A stretch of 64,000 nt of DNA, taken from contig JAHLTZ010000020.1 of assembly GCA_025786725.1 (NCBI GenBank), positions 372,001 through 436,000 of the forward strand. Reading direction: 5' to 3'. Below, one piece after another: positions 13,492-27,310 of this stretch. The stretch comes from Syncephalis fuscata S228 (lineage: Eukaryota > Fungi > Zoopagomycota). The position numbers and the translations under genes were made by a program. Each line of letters begins with the position of its first letter. Position 1 is the stretch's first letter. The notes below the pieces were generated by a model. That model saw only the letters and a list, made by a program, of their open reading frames with translations. It made no database searches and had not been told where the DNA came from.

Positions 13492-15912
13492 TATTACCGG
13501 AGTTTTTTAAATAGCTATTAAGCTAGCTATGCCTTTAAATGATATATGGTATTGACTTGGTAATAGCTGCTATAATACCACAAATAGTGTTACGGACAAG
13601 TTGAACAAAAACGATCTATACTACGTGTGTTGCAAGAGGTGGTCGCTAGTGTGTAAGCTGCTAGCTATTCCAGTGGTGTCACCCGGTAATCTAAACAAAC
13701 AAGTAAACTCAGCTTGGCCGGAATGTAAAGTATTCTAGCTGACAATCAAGCTGAAATAAACTGGCGATATACTGCTCGTAGGCAACAACCTAATAGAAAC
13801 GGTGAAATGATATTAGAGATTAGTAGCGGTATTAATAATAGAAAGTGTAGAGGGCGTAGTAGAGATAGAGAGTATATCGTTTGGTCAAACGACAACAAAT
13901 GGACAAGCAATCTATGTATGGTGTGCGTGTGCGTGTGCGTGTGTGTGTATTTTATGCGTGTGCTTTATCGAGCGTGCAGACGGAGAAATAAGTAATACGG
14001 TACGGATAGAAGTTGCTTGTCGTTATACTGTCGTTGCAGTTTATCGACTATGCAGGCACGAGTTAGATGAGTGGCGGACAAGTTCAGGGAATATTGCTGT
14101 TACTACTACAATATGCACTTTGAAGCGATAGAGTGGGAGTTACTGTTTCAATCGAAGCTATTGATGTTGTTTACTTTGGCAAAAGCGCGTGAAAATGGCC
14201 GTTAATGGAAAATCAGAGAGATAGTGAGCAAAAAAAGATAGTCGTCCGTGAAAGGAATGAGCGTTACCAAATAGAACGATATAGCACTAACAAAGGTATT
14301 TAAAAGTAAAAGGCTGGCTTGTCAATGGAAATAAACGATGGATGTTACAGAATAGACTGGACAAGGCGAACAGAGCAAAGAATGTTTGGCCAATAGAATC
14401 TAGCAATTCTATTCAATATTGGTATTTTGGATAGCTATTTAGCAAACAGACTATTTATATATGGAATGCTCTCAATAGATCAATAATCAATGGTCCAGAC
14501 ACGGCGACTAGAGACTAGACAATAATAATAACAATAATAAAGACTATTGCTATTGTTATTGACCCAAGCGCCGAACTGTATCAAAGCTATGCATAGAATT
14601 CGTGTAACTGCTAAACAGGATGCCACCTTGATCACCCAAATCACAACCTGCTTACTGTTCTACAAGCGAATTGCTTGATGATAAGTCCACGTGAAGCCGT
14701 AGTGATAAAATATATCAATAGTGGCGAAGGAATAAAATCAAGAGTGTGGACGTATGTCTGTGTGTATGGATGTCAGCATGTGTGTGCGTACGTGTACGAT
14801 GTGTATGATGCGTGCGTGATAAAAGACCCAGCTGGCCGGCAGATGGAAGATTGACGGCGTGTTTTCACCAACCACAATGACAAAGAATGTATATGTGGTA
14901 TATGATGCTATAATGGTGATGCTGCTAATGAAAATATCAATGCGACTGTGTGGAGAACAATGGTATAAGTGCAGAAACGACGATAGACACGTGTACCGAT
15001 GAAATGAAGAAGGAAAGAAAGAAATTGAGTCGAGCGATACAGTGAAAAGAACGGCGATAAAAGTTAAAACATGCTATTTAGATGGTAGATTATGAATGTC
15101 CAATTTTCGGCTATTCCCAATGATGTGAATGAATCTCATGCACATGCATAGCCGGGCTCGGCCAAGGATGAAAAAAAACATAGTAAAAGGCGAACAAGTT
15201 AACGCGGGGTAAGCAATATGCGTCTGATAAGCATCATAAGCAAAAGCAGTAAAACTATCTTGTCTTGGCGCTTAAACACAGAGGAGACTAGCCAGTCAAC
15301 GTGGATTAAAGTCAAAACATTTATATAAATTAAATAAATATTGTAGCTGCAGCTGTAGGACAATGCATGGATAATAATGTTGTGTAATACAATTACTTTT
15401 CGTCATATTAATCATACTTACGGTGATGGTATTGGTGTAATAAAAAGCCGATACTTTCAAAAATAGAAATAAACGACAACAATAGTTTGATTTCTATAGG
15501 CTGACCTATGGATAGAGGTACTAAAGGTCAATTACGGAAAAAGTAGACAACAATCTATGGAGGAGAGAAAGATACGGAAAATAATAGGGCGAAAATGCAG
15601 TGCTGTAAAAGCGAAAGGGAAAGGCTGGTCTGTCCTCAGTTTGGTTTTTAACATTGCGCTGGCAGTAGATATCGGTGCTTCGTTGTTACACCGTTAAACG
15701 ATAGACCGAACAGCGACATGAGACCCTTGCTCTACTGGCACCACATGTTTGACACATCCTTGAACCGATGATGCTACAAAGGAGATGGATAGGGCGAGAT
15801 GTATCAAACAATGCCGCATGTCAGGTCATTGATAATTCTTAACCACTATACTAAAAAGTTGGATCCATGTGTAATCCATAGATCCACACTGACCGATAGC
15901 TATAGATAGATA

Positions 15913-15952
15913 AAGAGAGAGAGAGAGGAAGGTAGGTAGGTAGGTAGGTAGA
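15913..15952. repeat. Compound microsatellite (GA)n/(GGTA)n
   Basis: Direct inspection. Confidence 0.7.
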
Positions 15953-16568
15953 GATGGGCACATTGATGTGCACACGATACTTTCACGGCCATTTTGCAAA
16001 GCATTGGCCATAGATGGTTTGGAAAATACAGAAATAGTAGTAGCATGGACGACGATTATAGTAACCATGTGTATGTACATACACACAATGCTGTAGCTCC
16101 ACGCGAATCGAGGTCAAAGCGTCGTTGACCTACATTTGCCATGTGGCCTACAGCGTGGCATTGTAGCGCTCTTCATAAATGATAATACAATGGCGCCATT
16201 GTACATTAAACAGCTACAAGGGCATTGTACAGATATCGACATGTAAATAATATTGATACAAGCATTAATTAGTAATACTTCAATGTGTTTATCAATTAAT
16301 TAATTAACTTATAATTATATCTTTGGTTACAAATAAAAAGATGGAAATAAAATAGTATTGAACTGAGTATATAATTTAATTAGATAATGCCTTTAACGAT
16401 GATTATATCAAAATACAGCTCAAATGGTATTAACGATTTTAAAGCAATTAAAACTAATTATTTGTATTTGATTTATTTTTTACGTTTATTCAACTTTTGA
16501 ACCAACCATCAACTCCTTGCAATCTAGCCACCAAAAACTGTTGTTGCTATTACTGTTACTTTATTGTC

Positions 16569-17043
16569 ATGTCACGTACAGCTGCCTTTATATGCGGCGG
16601 CGTAGTGGCTGGTGGCGCTATCTACTTTCAACGTACGTACGTAAAAGATGACGTTCGTATGTTGCGCAGTCGTCTTCGTTCGGCAAGTGATCAATTGAAT
16701 TTTGCACTTAGTAAAAAGCCGGTAAGTAATACTGCAACGCGATAGCTATAAAGCCAGTATCTAGACGAAGAATAGCTAAATAGTGGCGATCTTTATATGA
16801 ATCTTGTCTCTTACACGATTGCTTGTATAGTATGTATCGGCTGAAACTGCGGCCAAAGAACATATTTACACACCGGTAGCGGCGCCGAATTCGACACTTC
16901 ATCGATTACGCCGATTGTGGCGCGAGCGTGTTGTACCTGAATGGCGTGAACGCTGGAATGGTGGCGTTACAAGCGTGGCCAACCATCTTACATCGATGGA
17001 GGTAGATGTAGAGAAACTAGCAGTACGCACAAGATCGACATAG
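16569..17043 (+). CDS. Small mitochondrial inner-membrane protein, MICOS Mic12/Aim5-like; exons 16569-16721 and 16831-17043
   Basis: N-terminal MSRTAAFICGGVVAGGAIYF membrane segment, helical middle, C-terminal WRERWNGGV resembling the Mic12 'WN' motif. Confidence 0.6.
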
Positions 17044-17306
17044 TTGCTTCGTTTTGCACTATTTTTCGTTAAATAAAAATGCAGCATTTATTAATAATAC
17101 GTATAAATCTTATGAATGGTAAAAATTATCGTAAAAATTAACGTATTAATAGTATTAATAGTATTTAATTCATGTTACAATATCGTTAATAATCCATTGG
17201 TAAAAATAGGTTTAAGGAGGAATACGATTACGTTGTTTTTCTGTTTTTCTTCTTGTTTGTCCCTCCAGTTTTATACTGATAGCAATATAGCCGTAGTAAC
17301 CGCAGT

Positions 17307-18929
17307 ATGACTACCGCGCGTATTCAAGTTTTGCCTACTGAAAGTGCAGTCAAATTGGCTTATGCCTACTGCACCAATGTACATGCCCATATTGCTCTTG
17401 AATCCGTTGACTCGGCAGAGGTAGCATATTTGATCACTGTATAGATCTATTTATATTAATCTTTAAACGTTAGAAACCGATCTTGGCTCTAGAAGACGGT
17501 ACCAAGGTTGAGGGTGCAAATACCATTCTTATCCACCTGGCAACATTGCAAGGCGACCATTTGACTGGTACCTCGCAAGCTGACGGTGCTGAGGTTTGTT
17601 TTCTAGTATCAATCGATGATTGAACGATATGTAACTGTTTTATTTAGATACACCAATGGTTGACCAGTTCTGCTGAGGCTTCCGAGCATGCGGCACTTGC
17701 CAAGGTAATCTAGATTGATCCAGTATAGAGATTAGCTAATTTATAATGATATATTATTTGGAAACGGAATAGCGTTTGAACGAGCACCTTGTTACACGTA
17801 CCTATCTGGTCAACAATCATTTGACTGTAGCAGATATTGCTTTGTATGCACGTATCTATGCATTTATGGTAAATTTAGCCTGGATTAATTATTAATATAG
17901 CTCATTTTATGCAATATACCAGACTTCGTTAAATGCCCAGCGTCGTTATGCTTTGAATGACTTTTCAAGATGGTTCAATCATATCCAAAATACGCTTTCC
18001 ATGGAGAACTTGCAGGCTGCCGGTCTTGCACGCATTGAAATTGATCTAAATGCGCCAAAGGTATGGATATTTATAGAATATATATATATATATTGCTGAT
18101 TATTTCTATTATAGCCAGTTGCTGCTGCTAAGGTTGATAAGAAAGCGGCAAAAAAGGATACTGATGCTGCAGCTGATGAAAAGGCCGGCAAAAAGGAAAA
18201 GAAGGAAAAGAAGGAAAAGAAAGAAAAGAAAGGTATGTTATATTGACATTATAATGGAATAAACACGCTTAAACTTACTATATCAATGATAACATAGCTG
18301 ATGCGGCTGGTAGTGCTGCTGCTGCTGCCCCTCAAGCACCGGTCATTTCTCAGATTGATCTGCGTGTCGGCCGTATTGTCGATTGTAAACGTCACGAAGA
18401 TGCTGAATCGTTGTACGTCGAACGTATCGATGTGGGCGAAGATGAACCTCGAGTTGTTATCAGTGGCCTAGTCAACTTTGTGCCATTAGAAGCTATGCAG
18501 AACCGTGAAGTTATTGTCATGTGCAACTTGAAACCAGTCAGGTAGGTGGCACTAATTATGGATAATAAATCAGCTGACGCTGGGATATGCATATATACTG
18601 GACGAATGATGTAAAGTATGCGCGGCATCAAGTCATTTGGCATGGTGATGTGTGCCAGCTTACCTGATGGTAGCAGTGTTGAACCATTGTCGCCACCAGC
18701 CGGTGCCAGTCCAGGTGACCGTGTCTACTTTGAAGAATTCCGTGAAGGCCAGCCAGACGCCCAACTTAATCCAAAGAAAAAGATTTTTGAGACGTTTAAG
18801 CCAGGCCTAAAGACAAACGATGATCGCGAGGCCACATGGGTGTCGCCTGAAGGCAAAGTCCATAAAATGTTTGCTGCAGATCATGGTGTTGTTGTTTCCC
18901 GCAGCATTGCTGGCGGTCAAATTAGCTAG
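17307..18929 (+). CDS. ARC1: Arc1/AIMP1-like aminoacyl-tRNA synthetase cofactor (GST-like N-terminus, Lys-rich linker, tRNA-binding OB fold)
   Basis: LNEHLVTRTYLVNNHLTVADIALYA, SRWFNHIQ, KKEKKEKKE linker, IDLRVGRIV...HEDAESLYVERIDVGEDEPRVVISGLV...NLKPVSMRGIKSFGMVMCAS, QLNPKKKIFE. Confidence 0.9.
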
Positions 18930-19521
18930 AATAGCCAGCTAGAACTGGAGTTAATACTGTTGCTGTACAAATGTACATGTGACAGCTACCAAATAAATGA
19001 CAGCTATTTCAAATTAATATCTATGGTCACATTAACTGTATCTTCTGATGTACAAGCTACCCACGTGCACACTGTAACTGGTATTCATGGCCGCATGGTT
19101 ATAGGAGTATTGGGGGTAAAAGCTGTCACAGTGTAATAACATACCTGTATTAGTTAATTATAACATGCTGTAACCGCTGGTGTATTTGTGTAAGGGCGAC
19201 TATCTGGCCAATCCGATCTCAGCAGGTCAAACATTTTCGGCTTTAACATCTAATCCATCAGTTTAAATCGTAAAAAAAATCTATTTATTTAACAAAGCTT
19301 TTACTGCATTGCATTTGCGCATCAGTTTTCTATACTTTTTTGTCGTTTTATTTATCTGCTATAGTGTTACGATTTTTATTATATCTCTATTGTCGCTAAC
19401 GTGCTATTATCTAGAATAGATTCGCTTAGTTAACGCGTTTTTATTCATCGTCTATTTAGTTACTGTCCTATTATTGCCGCTGAAATAATTCATTTTTTGA
19501 TATTATTTTGCCAATTTTAGG

Positions 19522-22048
19522 ATGACTCGATACCCGCTTAAGCGGTGTTTGACCACGCTTGGTTTACTATGCCTTGCTGTTGGTACTTTGGCTCAAACGG
19601 CCAATAACAACAATAACAATAACAGTACGACTAACGCTTCAACAGGCTTGCCGACAAAGCTACAAGTAATAGCGCCGAAAGTAGCACTGATTGGTGAAGA
19701 AGTGGTGCTAAAGGTCAAAGTATCTTGGCCCGCCAACGAAACGCACAGCAATGGCGATAAAATTCCTTATATAATCACACAGGGAACACGACCTGGTGAT
19801 CCACAGCTTGGTCAGGGACAATTTGTGCGTGCTGACAAAACAGGTGCACTCGCCACTGAGGTTGAGCTTGAACCATTCCTTATAGAATCATCTGGTGCCT
19901 ATAAATTAACCGTACACATTGGCAATGACCAAGTTCGTTTGACGAGCAATCCAGCCAACAAACAGCCTGATGCTACACTCCATGCAGTTCCAGGCTGGCT
20001 TACATTGGTGCCAATTATTATACTTATTGCCGTTGCGCTTCTTACAAAACAAGTATTACTTGCGCTTTTTTGTGGTGTTTTCCTTTCAGCCATGTTTATC
20101 AATTTCTACAATCCACTTACAGGATTTCTGCGTGCTACCGACTATTATATGGTTGAAGCACTAAGTGATCCTGATCACGATAAAGTGTTACTTTTTACCT
20201 GGTTCCTTGCTGGACTTATTGCACTCATTCAACGTAGTGGTGGCGCTGAAGGTCTTGCTCAGCTTGTAACACGTTGGGCCACCAGTCGTTGGCGCGGTCT
20301 TTGGGTCACTTTCATTTTGGGCATGATTATATTTTTTGATGGTAAGTGGCAAAATATTATTTATTAGTAGCTTTGTTTTATGATAATCATCTATCTTATC
20401 TATTGCTAATAATTTAAATTAATAATAATAATTTAATTCTTTTATTAACAATGCTTTATTTTTAGACTTTGCTAGTTGTCTAATTGTCGGTACAAATATG
20501 GTTCAAGTAACCGATCTATTGAAGATTTCTCGAGAAAAGCTAGCCTTTTTTGTGCACGCCACCTCCTCACCGCCAGCATCACTTGCGCCAGTATCATCAT
20601 GGATTGGCTACGAAGTTGGATTGATCGCTGATGAGCTACGTAAGCTTGGTAACACAGCTGATCCATTTATGATATTCTTGAAAACAATTGTTGGCCGATT
20701 CTATCCAATTTTCATGCTTATCTTCCTTGTTGCACTTAATGTGCTAAAACGTGACTTTGGCCCAATGCTTACAGCTGAACGTCGTGCCTATCGTACAGGT
20801 CAGGTTGCGCCAGATAAAAATAACCGCACCAACGACAATGACGACACCAGCTGCAATTCCGACAAATGTGAGGGCGGTATTGCTTCCAGTGTTATGCAGC
20901 GCATTTTCCGTCGTCGTAAAAACCGACCACTTGAAACTATCCCTGAGGAAATGAGCGAAAAGAAAGACACAGAAACTGAGACCATTGTATCGATTAACGA
21001 TAACTTTGATAAAATGGATGACCAGAGAAGTGTTGAAAGTGACGAATTGATTGAAGATCCAGTGCGTCCAATTGCTGGCAAGCCGCGCCGTTGGTTCAAC
21101 GCAGTATTGCCCATTGCCATCAATGTATTTTTGATTATTTTAGGCATTCTCGTCACAGGTTATTACGCAACACTTAAATTAAAACAGGCAGGCGAGGCTG
21201 TCAGCATTGATATTGCAACAATGGCCGGTAATGGCGATTCCTACGGTGCACTTATCTACGCTTCACTATTTACATCTATCTTTAGTATTATTCTTTATAA
21301 GGTTCAAAATATTTTAACAATTAACGATGTAAGTTATTAGCTACTATTTTTCTATTGTTTTTATATATACTTACTTGCTATTTATTTATCTATTTTCTAG
21401 TCGCTACAGCACTGGGTCATTGGCATCAAAGAAATCTTTGAGCCCGTATTGATTCTTGTACTTGCTTGGGCCATTGGCACCGCGCTAAATGAGCTACGCA
21501 CAGCTCATTTTATCGTCGGTGTGCTTCGTGGCTCGTTGGACCCACGTATTATGCCAACGCTGGTCTTTATTACTTCTTGTGTCATTTCTTTTGTTACTGG
21601 TACGTCCTGGGGCACGATGGCCATTCTATTTCCTTTGGCCATTCCTCTTGCTGCGGCTTTGCAACCCGGCAGCGAAGCAGCCATTGTTGATACCGTTGCC
21701 AGTATTCTTACTGGTGCGATTTTTGGTGATCAATGTTCGCCCATTAGCGGTACAAGTGTTATGAGTGCGTTGTCGTCGAAATGTCCTTTGCCGGCACATG
21801 TCACGACTCAATTGCCATACGCACTTGTGGTTGCACTTGTCTCAATTGTCTTTGGTTACTTGCCAGTCGGTTTCCGTCTCTATCCGGCCGGCGTAGCAAT
21901 TCCAGTAGGTGCTGCAGCGATATTTATTATTATCTTTTTGTTTGGGTCCAAAGTTGAACTCGATGAAGGCGAAGTTGAAGAAAATGCAATCGAACGCGTT
22001 TGTAATTTATTCCGTCGTATTGCAACAATGTTCCGGTCCAAGAAGTAA
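19522..22048 (+). CDS. NhaC-family (IT superfamily) Na+/H+ antiporter-like transporter with signal peptide and extracellular N-domain; introns ~20342-20465 and ~21329-21400
   Basis: GWLTLVP..IAVALLTKQVLLALFCG, IIFFD|DFASCLIVG, ISREKLAF, PVSSWIGYE, RDFGPMLTAERRA, PRRWFNAVLPI, TGTSWGTMAIL, GAIFGDQCSPIS, HVTTQLPYA match prokaryotic NhaC signatures. Confidence 0.88.
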
Positions 22049-22126
22049 TTGATACAGATGATTATATTAAATAAAAGCCATTATTATAATATAATTATAC
22101 TACATTAACCATTTAGCAATAAAAAC

Positions 22127-23162
22127 AATATTTTATTTAGTTAATTGTATTATTCATTAATGTTAATGCTATTACATTAATAAATGTATACTGTGCTATT
22201 TCAATTTTAACTTTTTGTTTTGAGTTTGTGGTACCTGATGTCTATTTAGTTATAGTATTTACTATGTATATACATGTGTCATTTAACATTATTATAAAAT
22301 TAAGTTATAACAATTTGTTATCAATGTATTTATAATTTGGCGATCAAATGACTACATTTAATAGCATTCGCGTAATTGAACTGCACATTTAATCTATTAA
22401 ACATAGAAATAGATAGTGAGTTATATTGGTCATCAAATTTATTATAATAATTATCCTATATAAATATATACTGTAAATATCGCCATATTACTACATCATT
22501 GCAGTATTGCAATATTGGTACTTGTATTTTTTTATTTATAATATTTTTAAATGACAGTAAAGTTATACGTAGTACTATTAACATTTTATTGATTTAGTTG
22601 TTTTTATTTTTTAATTAAAATGCCATTGTATTTTACCACCTGATTACGCTAAAATCACTTTTTAATACTGTAGCATACTTTTATAGCATTAGCTTTATAG
22701 CTTTACTTTTAAATTTGTAAACTACACTTTACTGTCATTTAAAAATATTATAAATAAAAAAATACAAGTACCAATATTGCAATACTGCAATGATGTAGTA
22801 ATATGGCGATATTTACAGTATATATTTATATAGGATAATTATTATAATAAATTTGATGACCAATATAACTCACTATCTATTTCTATGTTTAATAGATTAA
22901 ATGTGCAGTTCAATTACGCGAATGCTATTAAATGTAGTCATTTGATCGCCAAATTATAAATACATTGATAACAAATTGTTATAACTTAACTTTATAATAA
23001 TGTTAAATGACACATGTATATACATAGTAAATACTATAACTAAATAGACATTAGGTACCACAAACTCAAAACGAAAAGTTAAAATTGAAATAGCACAGTA
23101 TACATTTATTAATGTAATAGCATTAACATTAATGAATAATACAATTAACTAAATAAAATATT
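22127..23162. mobile_element. Near-perfect foldback / long inverted repeat (arms 22127-22563 and 22726-23162, 437 bp each; 162-bp spacer), MITE-like
   Basis: Arms are reverse complements, with about 3 mismatches seen by eye. Contains the GATCAAATGACTACATT..CATTCGCGTAATTGAACT motif found in the other dispersed copies. Confidence 0.88.
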
Positions 23163-23257
23163 TGGCCTATTACAATCTGGCGTGGAATTAAACTAAATGA
23201 TAAAGCAATTATTTAAACAGCTAAATGTACACAGGTATTATAGAAACAATGCGTTAT

Positions 23258-24545
23258 TTATTCATCAAATGCTTCTATTTTAAGATTTATAAAGACTGAT
23301 TCGATTAGATTGCGACACTCTATGAGTCGCAACTCACAGGCTCTTGCTATGGCTGAATCACCGCGCATTGGAGCATTGGGCGGTATATCACGCTGGTAGG
23401 AAAGTGTATGAGTTAGAATACGCGTCATACTACCTAGTACTATTTGACAGGCACGCGCTAGTGTATTATTATCATGACGAGAGCCATCATTGTTGGTGCT
23501 GGTAGCCTCGCGCGATATCTCATCGAGTCGGGCCAGTAAAAGAGCAGCAAACAAATCACCCGTGCCAGTAAAACTGCCATTTAATTTTGGAAATCCAATT
23601 TTGAATCGTACGCATTTGCCAGTATCCGACTGTCGCTCACTACCAAATAAATACATTGTATTGCTCGGTGCATTTTCAAGTTCAGCACTACTAATAACAA
23701 TGTAGCGTGGACCAATATCATGTAATTCATTTAGCACCTGGCTAATATCTGTTTCCGTCTTTAAGCTACGGCCCATAAGTAGTCTGTAATTATTGTAATA
23801 GTACATGAATAACTAGCTATTATTAAGAGGCAATTCAAACCAACGTACTCGACTTCAAATTGATTCGGTGTAATGACATCGGCAATCGGCAGTAGAATGT
23901 CACGGTAGATAGGAATAACATCGGTCGATACATAGACAACGCCAGCATCGCCCATAACAGGATCGCATACTAGATTAGCATTATATTTAGGCTTACTCAA
24001 TCATTTTATGATACACTAATCATCATTACCATAGATCAAAGATGGATTTTTAGCACGTAGTTCACGTACTGTATTGGCAATCGTCTTAAGCGATTCAGGC
24101 GAACCATTATAGCCTATATAGCATTATTAACATAGCATATTATATTCATAAACACTATAGTACCCGTCAAAACATGCGAATAATTAAATAGTTCATTGGC
24201 TTTAAGGCCGCCGATAAGTTCGCCAACGTCCTCGGCTGTTAATCTCTGTCCAGCAAGTAATTTGTATCCTAAATAACAAATAGAAACAAAATAAATAATA
24301 AGTATTGCATATATATATATATATATATATACGCATTACCTGAATGATTCGAAAATTGAACGGTATTCAAAGGATCGACGTCAAAGCCAAGTAGTTGGAG
24401 TGGAAAGGTGGCGCATTTATTGCCTATATAAATAGACATTGATTAAAACGGTGCCTATAACAGACTAAACGTATCTACGTACCAACATAGCCTGAAACAA
24501 CATGGGATTGAATTGAAGAACGCGCTTACGAGCAGGTGACTCCAT
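23258..24545 (-). CDS. Pyridoxal kinase (PdxK/Bud16-like), multi-exon
   Basis: RKRVL(S)[10 protein letters not shown]|[63 protein letters not shown]. 1-bp frameshift near 24516. Confidence 0.93.
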
Positions 24546-24690
24546 ACTGGCAAGGAATTTAAACAAGGTCAAGTAATTTGTAATAGTATGTTAAAAAGCA
24601 CTAATAAGCCATTTAAAAACTCATTTATTAAATAGAAAATTTATTTCCAAGCCAAAATGATGCGAATAAGCATGCCATGCAATTTAGTGA

Positions 24691-26234
24691 CTAAGCACTA
24701 GGAGAAACACCCTTCGTGGGCGTCTCCTTCAGTGTGTCTTGCCAGACACGGCCTTGATGCTCTTCACCAAAGAATACGACTAGCACTGTGATGTCATCAC
24801 GGTACCCACGACTTTTAGGAGCAGGAATGCTAAGCAGCTGAGCCGTTTTATGTGAATCACGGCCACCGAATGCGTTGCGTACTAAGCTGGTCGCTGCGTT
24901 TTTCTCTTCATATGACCACTTATCAGCTAGACGTGACTTTTCATCGACGTAACCGGCAACGACCTCGACAATTTCTTCGTTTGATAGATCGTCGTAAAGA
25001 CCATCGGTTGCAATTACCATAAATCGATCATTTGGTGCAATTTTATGTGTAGTTACTACGGGACGAGCAGTAACATAAGGCGGTGTTTTAAAATGCGGAG
25101 ACGACGCGCGGATTTGTGGGAAATAGTCGGCAAATATTTGCTTTTGTATTTCGAGTGACCATTTGTAACGTGCATCGCCAAAAGCACGCAACGGTTCTAT
25201 ATAAATTATAATGAATATTAAATATTAAATAACGAATAATGAATAATTAACTTACGTAGTCCACCCAGTACACGCTTGTTTAATAGTACTGTATCTTCTT
25301 CACCTGGATGTTCACTCATAATACGCTTTCTTTCAGATGGATTATCGGCCGTTTGATCTTCACTTAGTACTTCAGCGCGCCATTGTCCTTGTTCGTACCG
25401 ACCTATAATAGCACGACTATCACCAGTCACTGCAACTGTTACTTCACGTCGTGGTGTATTTACATAAGTAAGCAAGGCACAAGCGCCGTTCATAGCACGT
25501 TCCAGCCAAGTGGCCGTCTCTTCAAGCTCTTTTTCGTCGTCAAATTCTCCCGGACGCTTCATGCCCAGAGCTGCCAAACGCTTCACACTGCCTTGCACCA
25601 TTTGATCATCTATAAACACGAATGCATCTTCGATTGCCTTTCTAACGGCTGTTTGATCTGCATCTTTAGGTAGTCTAGCGAGCGATTCGCCTACTTGAGC
25701 TGGCAGTGCTTTAGATATCCATTTTGAGCATGCACCGCCAGCATGACCATCAAATACACCGAACAAATGGCCAGAGCCATCTGTCAACGCGTTTTGACAG
25801 TAATAATCTTCACACGGATTATTGGATGGTAACTGGCTTTGTTCGATACGTTTTATCAGTGGATGGAAAGGTAAATCCACACTTCTTTCTCTTGCTTGTA
25901 GTCGGCGTGCTATTTCTTCGGCTGTTGGTAGATGATACGGCCAAGCATCTTGCTTATTGCGATCACTTTGTTGTTGAGACTTGTTTGACGTGTTGTAGTA
26001 GCGGCGCCATACATAATAGCCGCTGCCGGCCAATGCTGCGGTGCCGCAAGCACCTAACAGCGCTTTTGAACTGCTGAGTTTGGTGGCTGGTCGGTCGCCC
26101 GCTGAGCTATAACGTCGTGTCTGTGCGATAATAGCTCGGCTGACTCCAGCTGTCAGCGTAGGACTAGTAGGGACAATTGACCGCGTCAGTAGACCGGCCA
26201 ACGGCTTCTGTAGCCGAATGGTAGATGACATCAT
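24691..26234 (-). CDS. PP2C-family mitochondrial pyruvate dehydrogenase phosphatase (Ptc5-like), one intron ~25197-25255
   Basis: Arg/Ser-rich presequence, LPSNNPCED, FGVFDGHAG, GACALL, TGDSRA, RVLGGL|EPLRAFGDARYKW, TPPYVTARP, ATDGLYD, YRDDITV. Confidence 0.92.
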
Positions 26235-26622
26235 CACAAAGTGTGTTGCGGAACTAGATGATATTAAAAGTAAAGAAGCAATATATTAAGTGTTGTGTTA
26301 TAAGGTTTTTATTATTTGTTTGGATCTATTTGACTCCTACATTTTTATTTACTTCTTCATCTCATTTTAACATGTATATATTGCATTATTTATTTAAATG
26401 TTTGGTATTATTACTAATACAATGTTCTGCTAAATTCAATCAATTCTATTCCATTGAAATGATAATGTTATTATATTGCATTAACATTTATTGTGAATGG
26501 CGGTTTAAACACAAATCAGCTATTTAAATTGGTACAATTGATTGTGTAAAAGATTTATTGCCCTGGGGGTGTCAAAGCAATGTTCAAAACCATTGTTGCT
26601 ACTATTTTACATTATCGACATC

Positions 26623-27245
26623 ATGGCTGATATGGCTACACCCACTAACACAGAACATATATCGCTACCATCGAGTAGCGATAGAAAAAGCGTATGGCTA
26701 CCAGACTATGTTGACAAGTGGTCCAAGACTATATGGCCAGCCGCCACTATGTCAGTTATGTGTAAGTAATCACCTTAATTGTAATAGACACTGTAGCTGT
26801 AATCTGACATTTGAATACTAGGCGGTGTCGCGCTTCCTTTTGGTAAAGCGGCGGTTTAGCAATGCCATCCCGTCCATGGCTGGCTTGGTATACAGCTGTG
26901 TTTAGTATTGCCGGGTAAATAGCGGGCAATTACGTCGTGTAAAAATGACTAATTGGCTTTATATTATTAGATTTATTACTTATCATGAAGATTTTGATAA
27001 TGCGGCAGGCTTTTCCACTGGTAAGTGCAGCACATTATTTTATTATCGTTGTTCAACACAATATCCATTGCTCATATGTGTATTTAGCCTGGTCATCAAC
27101 TTACTTATTTTTGAATGGTAAAGCTGCTTTACGTCTTTACGGCCGCCCCACTATTGCTATCTGCAGCCGCTCTAGGCAACACGCTTATTTACGGAGAACG
27201 GGCCATTCATTCATGGACATCATAAAATACATTTACACACATTAA
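26623..27245 (+). CDS. Small membrane protein, Aim19-like, multi-exon; 3' end uncertain because of frameshifts
   Basis: Spliced ...FSIAG|FITYHEDFDNAAGFST|AWSSTYLFLNGKAAL resembles the Aim19 'D.ENG.GF..AWS.LYL..NG' motif. Confidence 0.6.
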
Positions 27246-27310
27246 AAATAAACAAATTTAAACATAAATAGTACTGTATTAAACGAGATTGATGTGGGAT
27301 GTACATGTTC

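Noticed and set aside
13500-16450. Short ORFs upstream of the RhoGEF
   Set aside because: Driven by microsatellites and low complexity; more consistent with UTR/promoter sequence.
19522-22048. Bacterial contamination as the source of the NhaC (and CAP) genes
   Set aside because: They contain spliceosomal introns and signal peptides and are contiguous with typical fungal genes.
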